Below, piece by piece: positions 37,469-45,836 of a stretch of 64,000 nucleotides of DNA; within the stretch, counting starts at the first letter, position 1, and every line of letters starts with the position of its first letter. The stretch is from a virus. The position numbers were made by a program, and so were the translations under genes. The stretch lies in IMG/VR virus record IMGVR_UViG_3300046004_000818, positions 1 through 64,000 of that record. The stretch is one strand, 5' to 3'. The notes beneath the pieces were generated by a model. It was not told where the DNA came from. It was given only the letters and a program-made list of their open reading frames with translations, and made no database searches.

Positions 37469-37957
37469 ATGCCAAACTATTTTGTAATTGTTGACGGTAA
37501 GGTGGATAACGTAGCTGTAGCAGATGCTCCACTAGACGCTAGTTGGGTACTGTCTGATGGTATCCACGGTGTAGGTTGTCTCTATAACAACGGTGTACTC
37601 AGTCGCCCACCTGAGCCTGAAGCCCTTCCAGAAGTTCCCAAACCCTACTTGCACTTCATTGATCTAGGCCCATTCAATGATCGCTTTGGTGCTAAAAAGT
37701 TAGCTGTTTTAATGTCTTCTGACGCTATCGTGAAGGCATTTAACAGTGACAAATCTGACCGTCGCTGGATCGACCTTGAACGCCTTGATGTACGTGCTGC
37801 TGTGTTCTACATGGCTGGTGTGCCTTTGACTGTCGCCCCCGGCCAAACTGTAACTATGGCCTCTCCTATACTTACAGTGGAAGAGGCTACTGCCATCATG
37901 GACACTCCAGTATCTTCGGCAGAGCAGCTTGGACTTGTAAAGGCGTACTTCTCATGA
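37469..37957 (+). CDS. Putative tail fibre assembly protein
   Basis: YFVIVDGKVDNVAVA N-terminus; position. Confidence 0.5.
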   Translation: MPNYFVIVDGKVDNVAVADAPLDASWVLSDGIHGVGCLYNNGVLSRPPEPEALPEVPKPYLHFIDLGPFNDRFGAKKLAVLMSSDAIVKAFNSDKSDRRWIDLERLDVRAAVFYMAGVPLTVAPGQTVTMASPILTVEEATAIMDTPVSSAEQLGLVKAYFS

Positions 37958-38457
37958 ACTACTTAGAAGCTAGGTCCAAGATCAAATCCGGTGACTTACT
38001 GGCTTGGTCACACCGTGGCTGGGGTACTTGGCATGATATCAAGATTCAAGCTGTGCGTTTCTTCACACAGTCTGAGTACAGCCATGTAGCTACAGCTTGG
38101 TGTGTAGGTGACCGGGTGTTTGTTATAGAGGCGGTACAACCTCTTGTGCGTATCTACCCACTATCCAAGCTTGGTGAGTTCTATTGGTTGCCGCTTAACT
38201 GCAACTGGAATGACAAGGCACTTGACTATGCCTTGTCAAAGGTAGGTGAGTCCTATTCACAGATGCAGGCTATTACAGCTTTCTTCAAGACCTTGGAAAA
38301 AGAAGACTCTCTTTGGGAGTGTGCCGAACTAGCTGCTAGAGTCTCAGCCTTAGCTGGCTTCGACCTTGGTACAGTCTATACTCCGAGCAAAGTGGTACAG
38401 AGGGCGCTTGAGCAAGGGGCAGTAACCCACCTGATAACCTCAAAAACCTCTACCTAG
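37954..38457 (+). CDS. Permuted papain-like NlpC/P60 (YiiX/C92-like) protein
   Basis: IKSGDLL, YSHVA, VIEA, KVGESY, WECAEL, YTP; His precedes Cys. Confidence 0.78.
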   Translation: MNYLEARSKIKSGDLLAWSHRGWGTWHDIKIQAVRFFTQSEYSHVATAWCVGDRVFVIEAVQPLVRIYPLSKLGEFYWLPLNCNWNDKALDYALSKVGESYSQMQAITAFFKTLEKEDSLWECAELAARVSALAGFDLGTVYTPSKVVQRALEQGAVTHLITSKTST

Positions 38458-38575
38458 TGAGGGTACAATGGTGCACCTGAGTAAGGCCGCACCATGTTCA
38501 AAACCCATCCCTTGACGCCCCTGATTCGCATTCGACATACTATGTCGGACGGAGATAGTCTTAGGACAAGAAAAG

Positions 38576-38989
38576 ATGCTTAACTGGTACGTTAAACTAA
38601 AACGAATCTTACTGATAGATGATACACTGTCAGTAAGATTTTTCTTTGCTATGTGCAGCTTTGGTTATGGTGTTGATATATGGTACGACCATGCCAAAGA
38701 TCAGTCTTACCACTTGCTGTATAGCCTTGCCCCTCACTGGACTACCCCAGAAAGCTTCTGGGGTACGTTGTTTGTGTTCTATTCCATCATGCTTCTAAAA
38801 GGCATTACAGGTCAGTATGGTTACTGGCATCTAATCTTTGAGGCTATACTAGGTTGGTCCATTTGGACAGTTATGGCTATAGTTAACGTTACTATCACAG
38901 GTTATCCAGAAGCCTCAATAGGTGGGGCTATTGTAGCCACATGGTTATTAGTTAGGTATCCTACACACTGGAAGCAGCCCCATGACTGA
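38576..38989 (+). CDS. Multi-pass membrane protein (holin/antiholin candidate)
   Basis: About four hydrophobic segments; start of the lysis cassette. Confidence 0.5.
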   Translation: MLNWYVKLKRILLIDDTLSVRFFFAMCSFGYGVDIWYDHAKDQSYHLLYSLAPHWTTPESFWGTLFVFYSIMLLKGITGQYGYWHLIFEAILGWSIWTVMAIVNVTITGYPEASIGGAIVATWLLVRYPTHWKQPHD

Positions 38990-39287
38990 AACTGCGCTTT
39001 ATCAAATTGGTGGTGGCTTTGGAGGTCTCGGCGCTCTAGTCCTGCTTATACGCTTGGTATATGTGCAATGGGTTAAGCAGAACCCCGGCATTCAACAAGC
39101 TGGAGCAAGTGTAGACATTTACATACTACTGCGTAAAGAGCTTAAAGTGCTCAGCAGAGAGATGCGCTTGATGAAGAAGCAAGTAGCGTTACTGGAACAC
39201 CTATGCCTTGAGAAGGGTATCAACGTACACGAGATATACACCAAGGCCGGGATATTCGATGAGGTCGAGGAAGACGATGACAAGTAA
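38982..39287 (+). CDS. Holin-like protein (N-terminal TM segment plus coiled coil)
   Basis: GGLGALVLLIRLVYV TM segment; acidic C-terminus; precedes the endolysin candidate. Confidence 0.5.
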   Translation: MTETALYQIGGGFGGLGALVLLIRLVYVQWVKQNPGIQQAGASVDIYILLRKELKVLSREMRLMKKQVALLEHLCLEKGINVHEIYTKAGIFDEVEEDDDK

Positions 39288-39296
39288 GGAGTTGCT

Positions 39297-39695
39297 ATGC
39301 AGATTCAAGTTCTAAGAGAGCAGCAGGTAGGCAATGCTACTATAGGCAGTTTGCTTATCGACGGTGCTTTCCAATGCTACACCCTTGAAGACATAGTGCG
39401 TGATGGTCCCAAGGTGATGCACGAGACAGCGATTCCTGCTGGTACCTACAAAGTAATCATCAACTTTAGCACTCGCTTCAAGCGTGAACTGCCTCTGCTT
39501 TTAGATGTGCCAAACTTTACTGGTGTTCGTATCCATCCCGGCAATACTGCAGCCAACACATCAGGCTGTATCCTTGTAGGTACTGCAAAGTCACAGAACA
39601 GCATCCTTAACTCTGTTAAGGCCTTTACGCCCTTGTATGAGAAGATGCTCTCTGCTTGGATCAAAAAAGAACCTATAGTCCTCAATGTCAAATGA
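39297..39695 (+). CDS. DUF5675-family protein, putative endolysin
   Basis: CYTLED, TAIPAGTY, VPNFTGVRIHPGN..TSGCILVG. Confidence 0.8.
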   Translation: MQIQVLREQQVGNATIGSLLIDGAFQCYTLEDIVRDGPKVMHETAIPAGTYKVIINFSTRFKRELPLLLDVPNFTGVRIHPGNTAANTSGCILVGTAKSQNSILNSVKAFTPLYEKMLSAWIKKEPIVLNVK

Positions 39696-40018
39696 GCTAC
39701 CTAGTACTCTACGGACCTACAATAGGACTGCTATTCCTAGCAGTCTTTGCTGTGTCCTTGGTAACCTCATGGCAAAGGCATCACCCCAAGTTCGATCTGT
39801 CGGACATACTGACGGGTGATAATGGTAGAGTTAGCTTGTCTAAGCTAGGTGAGGCGTCTGCACTTGTGGTCAGTACATGGGGCTTTGTTGTATTAACACA
39901 ACAAGGTAAGCTCTCTGAGAGCTATTTTATAGGTTACATGACTGTCTGGACAGGTGCTAGAATACTCAAAGCCAAGATAGAGAGCAAATCAAATGAACCC
40001 ACTAGCCCTAATTCCTAA
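39692..40018 (+). CDS. Membrane protein in the lysis cassette
   Basis: Two to three TM segments; GRVSLSK motif; ATGA overlap. Confidence 0.55.
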   Translation: MSYLVLYGPTIGLLFLAVFAVSLVTSWQRHHPKFDLSDILTGDNGRVSLSKLGEASALVVSTWGFVVLTQQGKLSESYFIGYMTVWTGARILKAKIESKSNEPTSPNS

Positions 40019-40502
40019 ATCTGCTTACGCAGTAGTCATAGCCATGCTAATGGCTACTAGCTGTAGCCTGCACTGGGATAACCAAGGGTTGGTGGTAGAT
40101 ATAGCTAAAGAGAAAGTAGTGGTGGCAGACTTGAAAGCTGCTATCAAAACTGCTGACGCTAAGGCTGCTGCAGAGTCTGCCACCCTGACCAAGAAAGTAC
40201 TAGAGGCCCAAAATGCTGCAAAGAAACGTGAAGCTATCCTGCTTGCTGATGCTAAGTCTGCCAACACTGCTCTTGATGGGTTGCGCTTGTCCATCGCCAC
40301 CGCCAAGTCCTCCTACAATATCGCTAACGTACCCACCTATGCCAGTACTGAGCTTACAGATACCAGCCTCAAGCTACTCGACCAATGCTCAGAAAGATAC
40401 ACAGTCTTGGCAGCAACAACTGATATCTACGCCAGCTATATCCAAGAAGTAACACAGGCGTGGCCTGTGTTACCTATGGTTAAAGCTGTATCACCTGAGT
40501 AG
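39993..40502 (+). CDS. i-spanin (Rz-like)
   Basis: N-terminal TM segment, coiled coil, C-terminal Cys and AWP motif. Confidence 0.7.
   Translation: MNPLALIPKSAYAVVIAMLMATSCSLHWDNQGLVVDIAKEKVVVADLKAAIKTADAKAAAESATLTKKVLEAQNAAKKREAILLADAKSANTALDGLRLSIATAKSSYNIANVPTYASTELTDTSLKLLDQCSERYTVLAATTDIYASYIQEVTQAWPVLPMVKAVSPE
40213..40452 (+). CDS. Embedded o-spanin (Rz1-like lipoprotein)
   Basis: +1 frame inside the i-spanin; LMGC lipobox followed by a Pro-rich stretch. Confidence 0.7.
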   Translation: MLQRNVKLSCLLMLSLPTLLLMGCACPSPPPSPPTISLTYPPMPVLSLQIPASSYSTNAQKDTQSWQQQLISTPAISKK

Positions 40503-42528
40503 CAAACGCATCTGCTAGGTTGCTGTGGGTTACAACAACCACTTGATCGTAACCTGTAGCAGCTAGCAACCCCAACATAGCAGTCTCCCGTTCTTCATCC
40601 ATACCTGCTGCTGGTTCATCCAGCAGCAGGTAGTCAATGGATGGCAGGAACGTCTTGCTTAAAGCCATGCGTATTGCAAGGCCCAAGGCATCTAGGGTCG
40701 ATCCAGACAATCCACCTACAGGTTTGCCGCCTACAGCAAAAGAGTTGGAAGACCTTGTAACGATGCTAGGCTCTCCCCTGATCTGACTAAAGTAGGTAGA
40801 GACAGATGCAAGCACGATAGCCCAGAGTCTACCTGCTACTATTGGCCTAGCTTCACGTAGCTTCTTGATAAGAGCATTGTTTTTCTGCATCTCTTTTAGG
40901 GATTCTTCCAACTTCGCCTTAGACTCCATACTTGCTAGATAGTACCCAAGCTCAGTGTCATGCTTCTGTTGAGCCTGTTCAAGAGCATTGGCCGCATCCT
41001 TGTAGGCACCTAGGGCGGTGTTCACCTCTTGCTGCTTGAGCTTAATGGCTAACCGGGTAGCTTCCTTCTGCGCTAGCAAGCCTTGTGCCAAAATCTTTGC
41101 AGGAGTGTCAACCACCAGACCTTTGGTCTCAGTTAACAGCTTTCCCTGCCTATCTGCCAGTTCAGCATACACACCCTTGGCCTTGTCATACTCACGCTGT
41201 AGCCGTTCACCCTCACGAATCTCAGCCACATAATCAGGCCAAACCTCAACCTGCTTGGGGACTTCGCCCACCCAAGTCAACATCCTTGGGTACCTCTGGT
41301 CACCACGTTTCGTGAACTTCTCTGTAGCCCTATGCACAGCTTCTAATTGTGTATTTAGTTTTTGTAAATTTGTAAGAAATACTCTACGAGCTTTCTTTAC
41401 CTCTAGGTCAACTGTGATTGAAGCTACCTGATCTTCAGCCTCCTTGATCTTGATAGCATTGGCGGCGTTCTTTGTGACCACCTCTGGTACATCGCTCAGG
41501 TCTTTACCGCACAGACCACAAGCTGTCTCAGTGATGATCAAAGCCTTTGCAGTAGCAGCAGCTAGCTTGTAATGGACTATGGCATCAGTCATAAAGCCGA
41601 TAGCAGCCTCGTTAGCTTTCCACTCCTTGTCAAAGTCATCTACTTGAGTAGTCACTGAGGTTGACTCCCAGAAGACCTTAAAGGCTTTCTCTTTGATAGT
41701 ATGCTCCCGCATTGCTTCCAAGCCCCGCTTGGCACCCTCTATATCTACGGTAGGTGGTGTAGGTTCCACCAATCTGTCCATAAGCTGATCCATCTCTATG
41801 GTGATCTGCTCCCAACGCTGCTCGGCTTTCACCACATCGGCAATGATAGCTCTCTGTGCTTGTTCATCAATGGTGTCGTTTTCTTCCAGTGTTTCCAACT
41901 CTGTCTTAGCTAGCTGAAGTGCTGCTTTGGTGAAAGCAACTGTTGGCTCTAGGTCTTCTGTATCCAGCACAGGTTTCTTCAGATCATACAGCGGTGTAAG
42001 TGTATCAGTGATTTGCTTGGTGTTGCCGCTAGGTAGTTGATCCTGAATCTTTGATATGAGCATATCAAGCAGGTCGATGTTAGCCAGCTTCTCAATCAGC
42101 GGTACAGCCTCACCAGTTTCCAAGGCTCCACGTAGTCCACCTTGAGAGGCCACCATCAGCTTTGTAGCTGCGTCTGCATTGACACCGAACAGACGTTCAA
42201 CATACTTGGTTACTTCTGCTTGTCCATTAGCAGTCTCCGTGCCGTTGGTGATCACTGCACCTGACTTGGAACGCACTATCGTATAGGAGACTTGCTCGAA
42301 TGTGAAAGTCAGTTCTACCTTGAGAGAACCCTCTGGCTTCTCGTAGGTAACGGTTTCTGCCAAGGTCATAGGTAACGCTCTAGCACCGAACATGGCGTAC
42401 ACAACTGCATGATACAAAGTGCTCTTTCCGGCCTCGTTCGCACCCTTAAGCGCAACTAACCCATCTTGAAATTGCACAGTCAGGTCTTCGTGCTTCTTAA
42501 AGTTCTTGAGTGTGAGTTTAGTAATCAT
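40480..42528 (-). CDS. SbcC/Rad50-like ATPase
   Basis: GANEAGKST, central CGLCG hook, LSG signature, LLLDEP, VVTH. Confidence 0.92.
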   Translation of the reverse strand: MITKLTLKNFKKHEDLTVQFQDGLVALKGANEAGKSTLYHAVVYAMFGARALPMTLAETVTYEKPEGSLKVELTFTFEQVSYTIVRSKSGAVITNGTETANGQAEVTKYVERLFGVNADAATKLMVASQGGLRGALETGEAVPLIEKLANIDLLDMLISKIQDQLPSGNTKQITDTLTPLYDLKKPVLDTEDLEPTVAFTKAALQLAKTELETLEENDTIDEQAQRAIIADVVKAEQRWEQITIEMDQLMDRLVEPTPPTVDIEGAKRGLEAMREHTIKEKAFKVFWESTSVTTQVDDFDKEWKANEAAIGFMTDAIVHYKLAAATAKALIITETACGLCGKDLSDVPEVVTKNAANAIKIKEAEDQVASITVDLEVKKARRVFLTNLQKLNTQLEAVHRATEKFTKRGDQRYPRMLTWVGEVPKQVEVWPDYVAEIREGERLQREYDKAKGVYAELADRQGKLLTETKGLVVDTPAKILAQGLLAQKEATRLAIKLKQQEVNTALGAYKDAANALEQAQQKHDTELGYYLASMESKAKLEESLKEMQKNNALIKKLREARPIVAGRLWAIVLASVSTYFSQIRGEPSIVTRSSNSFAVGGKPVGGLSGSTLDALGLAIRMALSKTFLPSIDYLLLDEPAAGMDEERETAMLGLLAATGYDQVVVVTHSNLADAFATQVIQL

Positions 42529-42716
42529 AGTTTAGCAATCACAAGTTGAAGAGCTTGGGCTGCTGTAAAGCCCTCGTTGACAAAAGCAGTGTACTGCATA
42601 TAGGCATGTTTAGCTGCGAATACCATACGCTGTCTGTTGACAGGTGTACCTAGCTCTGCCATAGCCTCCTTAAGTAGCTGTGCCATCTTAACAGAATCTT
42701 GTTCACTCATTGCCAT
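42525..42716 (-). CDS. Hypothetical protein
   Basis: GGAG RBS; GFTAAQALQL motif; fills the gap between the sbcD-like and sbcC-like genes. Confidence 0.55.
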   Translation of the reverse strand: MAMSEQDSVKMAQLLKEAMAELGTPVNRQRMVFAAKHAYMQYTAFVNEGFTAAQALQLVIAKL

Positions 42717-42720
42717 AGTA

Positions 42721-43731
42721 TTACTCCAAGTTGTGCAAAATTGCAATCTCAGCGGGGTCCAGAACCTCGCCCAAAGCGGCCCAAACATCAAATGCGCGTA
42801 CTGATTCAAGTGAGTCGCTGAAGCCTTCCAGACCCTCGTTTGACGCGATCTGGACAGCGTTTGTCACGACCAAAGCGGGGCTGATCGAACGGAACTTAGC
42901 GACTGCGCTAACCACCTGTGCAGCTTGCTCTGCCGTAGCATTGCCAACCATACGAACAAACTTATGGTTGGTTACTACTGGGTCTGTCCATAGCTGCTCA
43001 GTGTACTCACCGCTTTTGTCCATCACTATGTAGTGACCAACCACACCTTCTTCGTCAATACTGGTTCCATATTTATAGGAACAACCCTGCCAATCAGATA
43101 CCGATGTGGCAATCTGATTACCCGGAAGCCGTATCTTGCCTACATGCTTGTGCTGATGCTCATGCCCACAGATGATATGCTTAGCCTTGCTAGCTTCTAC
43201 CTGTTCCTTGGTTATGTTCAAGGACTGATCCGATTGTGCAGCAAACTTGTTGTCATAGTTGACATGCAAGAATAGGTAGTCACATTCAGGCACACCTTCC
43301 AAAGCTGCATCAAAGGCTTCCTGATTTGGAAGGTGAGGGATCACATAGCCGTAAGGCGTATCAGTAGGTTCCTTGATAAGGACTACACGACCAGCATAGC
43401 TGCTACGCAAATAGTGTAACATAGTTGCTACTAGGTCAAGGCTTGAGGCCACTCCGCTAGTCTTGCTAAGGTCATGGTTACCTGCCACTAGGTACATATT
43501 GCCTGTGGTTCTGTCCAACCAGCTAAGCAGTAGCCTGATAGTCTCTATCGCATCAGAGATATTGACCTCAAACTTATCGAACAGATCACCCAAGATCATC
43601 AGGTCACCTTGATGCGGCAGCAATGCACCGAACTGTGTAAGCACATAGTTCTTCAGAATCCCCTTGGTCAGTACAGTGGTACCTGCACTACGTTCCACAC
43701 CAATGTGGGTATCATTAAGAATGGTTAACAT
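42721..43731 (-). CDS. SbcD/Mre11-like metallophosphoesterase nuclease
   Basis: DTHIG, GDLFD, GNHD, GHEH. Confidence 0.92.
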   Translation of the reverse strand: MLTILNDTHIGVERSAGTTVLTKGILKNYVLTQFGALLPHQGDLMILGDLFDKFEVNISDAIETIRLLLSWLDRTTGNMYLVAGNHDLSKTSGVASSLDLVATMLHYLRSSYAGRVVLIKEPTDTPYGYVIPHLPNQEAFDAALEGVPECDYLFLHVNYDNKFAAQSDQSLNITKEQVEASKAKHIICGHEHQHKHVGKIRLPGNQIATSVSDWQGCSYKYGTSIDEEGVVGHYIVMDKSGEYTEQLWTDPVVTNHKFVRMVGNATAEQAAQVVSAVAKFRSISPALVVTNAVQIASNEGLEGFSDSLESVRAFDVWAALGEVLDPAEIAILHNLE

Positions 43732-43936
43732 TTGTAACCTCCACTAATATATACTGTTTAACATCTTGAAAAGGTTCCAAGACTTCTACCAGAGTAGGTT
43801 CTTCTGTGTAGTAGGTAGCTGTGATTACTACAGCACTACCGGGATTGAACTCTATCTTTAGACTTGCTAAATCTTTGGTAGTCAAGCCCAACCCTTTAGC
43901 AAGATCATAGCCCATTTTGTCTGATGTAGCTAGCAT
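43715..43936 (-). CDS. Hypothetical protein
   Basis: ORF packed in the operon. Confidence 0.5.
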   Translation of the reverse strand: MLATSDKMGYDLAKGLGLTTKDLASLKIEFNPGSAVVITATYYTEEPTLVEVLEPFQDVKQYILVEVTNVNHS

Positions 43937-44124
43937 GTTATGCTCACTTTCATGTCGTTAGTCCTATCTTCCAGCAATTTATTCACCATAGCCAGTAGCT
44001 CAAAAGCTTGCTCCCTAGTAACTACTATATCCAAACTGATAGGTACATAGTCAGCGTTGTTCCTGCCAAGGTCCATAGTAACTGTTCTTATGTGAGTTCT
44101 ACCCTTGCTCAAGTCTATTTGCAT
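43930..44124 (-). CDS. Hypothetical protein
   Basis: GGAGG RBS; packed in the operon. Confidence 0.5.
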   Translation of the reverse strand: MQIDLSKGRTHIRTVTMDLGRNNADYVPISLDIVVTREQAFELLAMVNKLLEDRTNDMKVSITC

Positions 44125-44570
44125 TTTAGCGCCTCCCAATTTACGATTAAACCTTGGAGAAGATCAGGCATTGTGTACGCCCTTGTGTTTCTAAAATCCC
44201 ACGAACCTTTGTTAAGAGTCCCGAACCAATCAAGCGGCATCAGCCTCCAGACCTCTGTCGTGCTGTGGTACACGATAACACCACAGATGCTGCCAGCTAT
44301 TTGGCGCTTCCGCATCCTAGCTCTTTGATCTAGCTCAAAATTACCTACAGGTAATCTGTAGTCATGCGCTACTTCCTTGACCTCAAGAAGTAGGTTACGA
44401 CCTTGGTGGTACAAGACGAAATCCCCGCACCGGGGATTTGCCATTTTACCCATTGATGATCTGGCATCATAGATACGTTCGTAGGTGAAGTTAGGTAGCG
44501 ACAGGTCCAGCTTCTTGAACTCCTTGTCTAGCTTTCCTTCCCCCACTTTTCCCCGGTTTGCTTCTGACAT
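44115..44570 (-). CDS. PD-(D/E)XK nuclease, RecU-like Holliday junction resolvase
   Basis: NRGKVGE, CGDF, LLEVKE, DQ motif. Confidence 0.7.
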   Translation of the reverse strand: MSEANRGKVGEGKLDKEFKKLDLSLPNFTYERIYDARSSMGKMANPRCGDFVLYHQGRNLLLEVKEVAHDYRLPVGNFELDQRARMRKRQIAGSICGVIVYHSTTEVWRLMPLDWFGTLNKGSWDFRNTRAYTMPDLLQGLIVNWEALKCK

Positions 44571-44772
44571 ATTGTTCTCCATCTCTTCTCTCGTTGACTT
44601 CTACAAAGGTGTGTCCCTTGGAAGTTTTAACTGGTGTATCCGCTGCCACCTGTGCGGTCAGTCCGTATTTATAAATCCTAGTGGTCAGGGTATGTGCGTT
44701 GATATTGGCTCTTGCAGCTATCTCCTTAAGAGATAGCTGCTCACCGTTATACATATAACGGATGGGGATCAT
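44491..44772 (-). CDS. Small HTH-like protein resembling the C-terminal domain of phage HNH endonucleases
   Basis: YNGEQLSLKEIAARANINAHTLTTRIYKYG..TP. Confidence 0.5.
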   Translation of the reverse strand: MIPIRYMYNGEQLSLKEIAARANINAHTLTTRIYKYGLTAQVAADTPVKTSKGHTFVEVNERRDGEQYVRSKPGKSGGRKARQGVQEAGPVAT

Positions 44773-45077
44773 GCTGTGTAATCGTCAGGTGCGCTTACAA
44801 CGTAATACAAAGTAACCCTTGAAGGATTCAAGGGGCTTGCATGTTTGCCTAACCACTCTTTTAGCTCGGCTAACCCTGTCATGTCATTACAGTTGTCTAT
44901 AAACAACCGTGAGCTAAGCTCAGTTATTGGTGTTTTAGTATGCCTAATCTCTTTAAGGGCTTCATCAAGAGTCATTATCAGCCCATGCGGTTCTAGCGCT
45001 CTTTGAAGCTCGTACAGTGCCTCTGTTTTGCCGCTACCTGATACGCCTTGTATCCGAATACATTTTACATTAGCCAT
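44769..45077 (-). CDS. Short P-loop-containing protein
   Basis: GVSGSGKT Walker A and LFID; only 102 aa. Confidence 0.5.
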   Translation of the reverse strand: MANVKCIRIQGVSGSGKTEALYELQRALEPHGLIMTLDEALKEIRHTKTPITELSSRLFIDNCNDMTGLAELKEWLGKHASPLNPSRVTLYYVVSAPDDYTA

Positions 45078-45157
45078 GTTGGTTCCTTGTGAAGTTGATT
45101 GCCGTTGATTGTCATTGATTGCAGCTATAGAACTATAGAACTATAGCTGCAACTTCA

Positions 45158-45835
45158 TTATAGCCAGTGCCTTTCAAATGCTGCAACTGCTACCGGCACA
45201 ATCGGCCTGATAAGCTCTAGCATTCCTTCGGCGTACACCCGAATCTCATACTGAGCGTGGGGGTGTATCCGCAGTTTGATGAACTTCATCAGGTTCAAGA
45301 GGTTGACTGTGCCGAAGCAATGGCTGTAGGTGTTGACAGGTAGCACACCTCTAGCCAGTTCACGAGGACAGCCCATAGCAATCATGCGATTGTAGAGGTT
45401 GAAAGCCGAGGCACACTGATCGACAATGGCAAGCTGCAGGTCCATAGCTAGTGGGTGCATCGTGTCAGTACGCATCTGCTTGTTTGTCTCTGACTGTGTC
45501 GTGATCTGAGAAAGCTCAGGTACATAGTACTCTTCTGGAAGAGGAGTGTAACGTGCACTGACTTCGTTATATGCCCATGTCCTATGACGGTGCCACTGGC
45601 GGAAAACGAAGATCGGAGCCTTGATATCGAATGTAAAGGTCACCGACTCAAATGGGCTAGTGTGGTGATTTTTGACCAGATAGTCTATCAGTTTGGTATC
45701 TTTACCTTCGTCATCTCCAGACCTCCATTCAGCGTCATAGCTGACTCGTGCATTACGCACGATAGAGAGGTCATTGCCCATCGACTCTACAAGCCGAAGA
45801 TGACCGTGGTTAAGTAGTTTGATTGTTTGTGTCAT
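45158..45835 (-). CDS. thyX: FAD-dependent thymidylate synthase
   Basis: HTSPFE, RHR-x7-SARY, ARGVLP, HAQYEIR. Confidence 0.96.
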   Translation of the reverse strand: MTQTIKLLNHGHLRLVESMGNDLSIVRNARVSYDAEWRSGDDEGKDTKLIDYLVKNHHTSPFESVTFTFDIKAPIFVFRQWHRHRTWAYNEVSARYTPLPEEYYVPELSQITTQSETNKQMRTDTMHPLAMDLQLAIVDQCASAFNLYNRMIAMGCPRELARGVLPVNTYSHCFGTVNLLNLMKFIKLRIHPHAQYEIRVYAEGMLELIRPIVPVAVAAFERHWL

Positions 45836-45836
45836 G

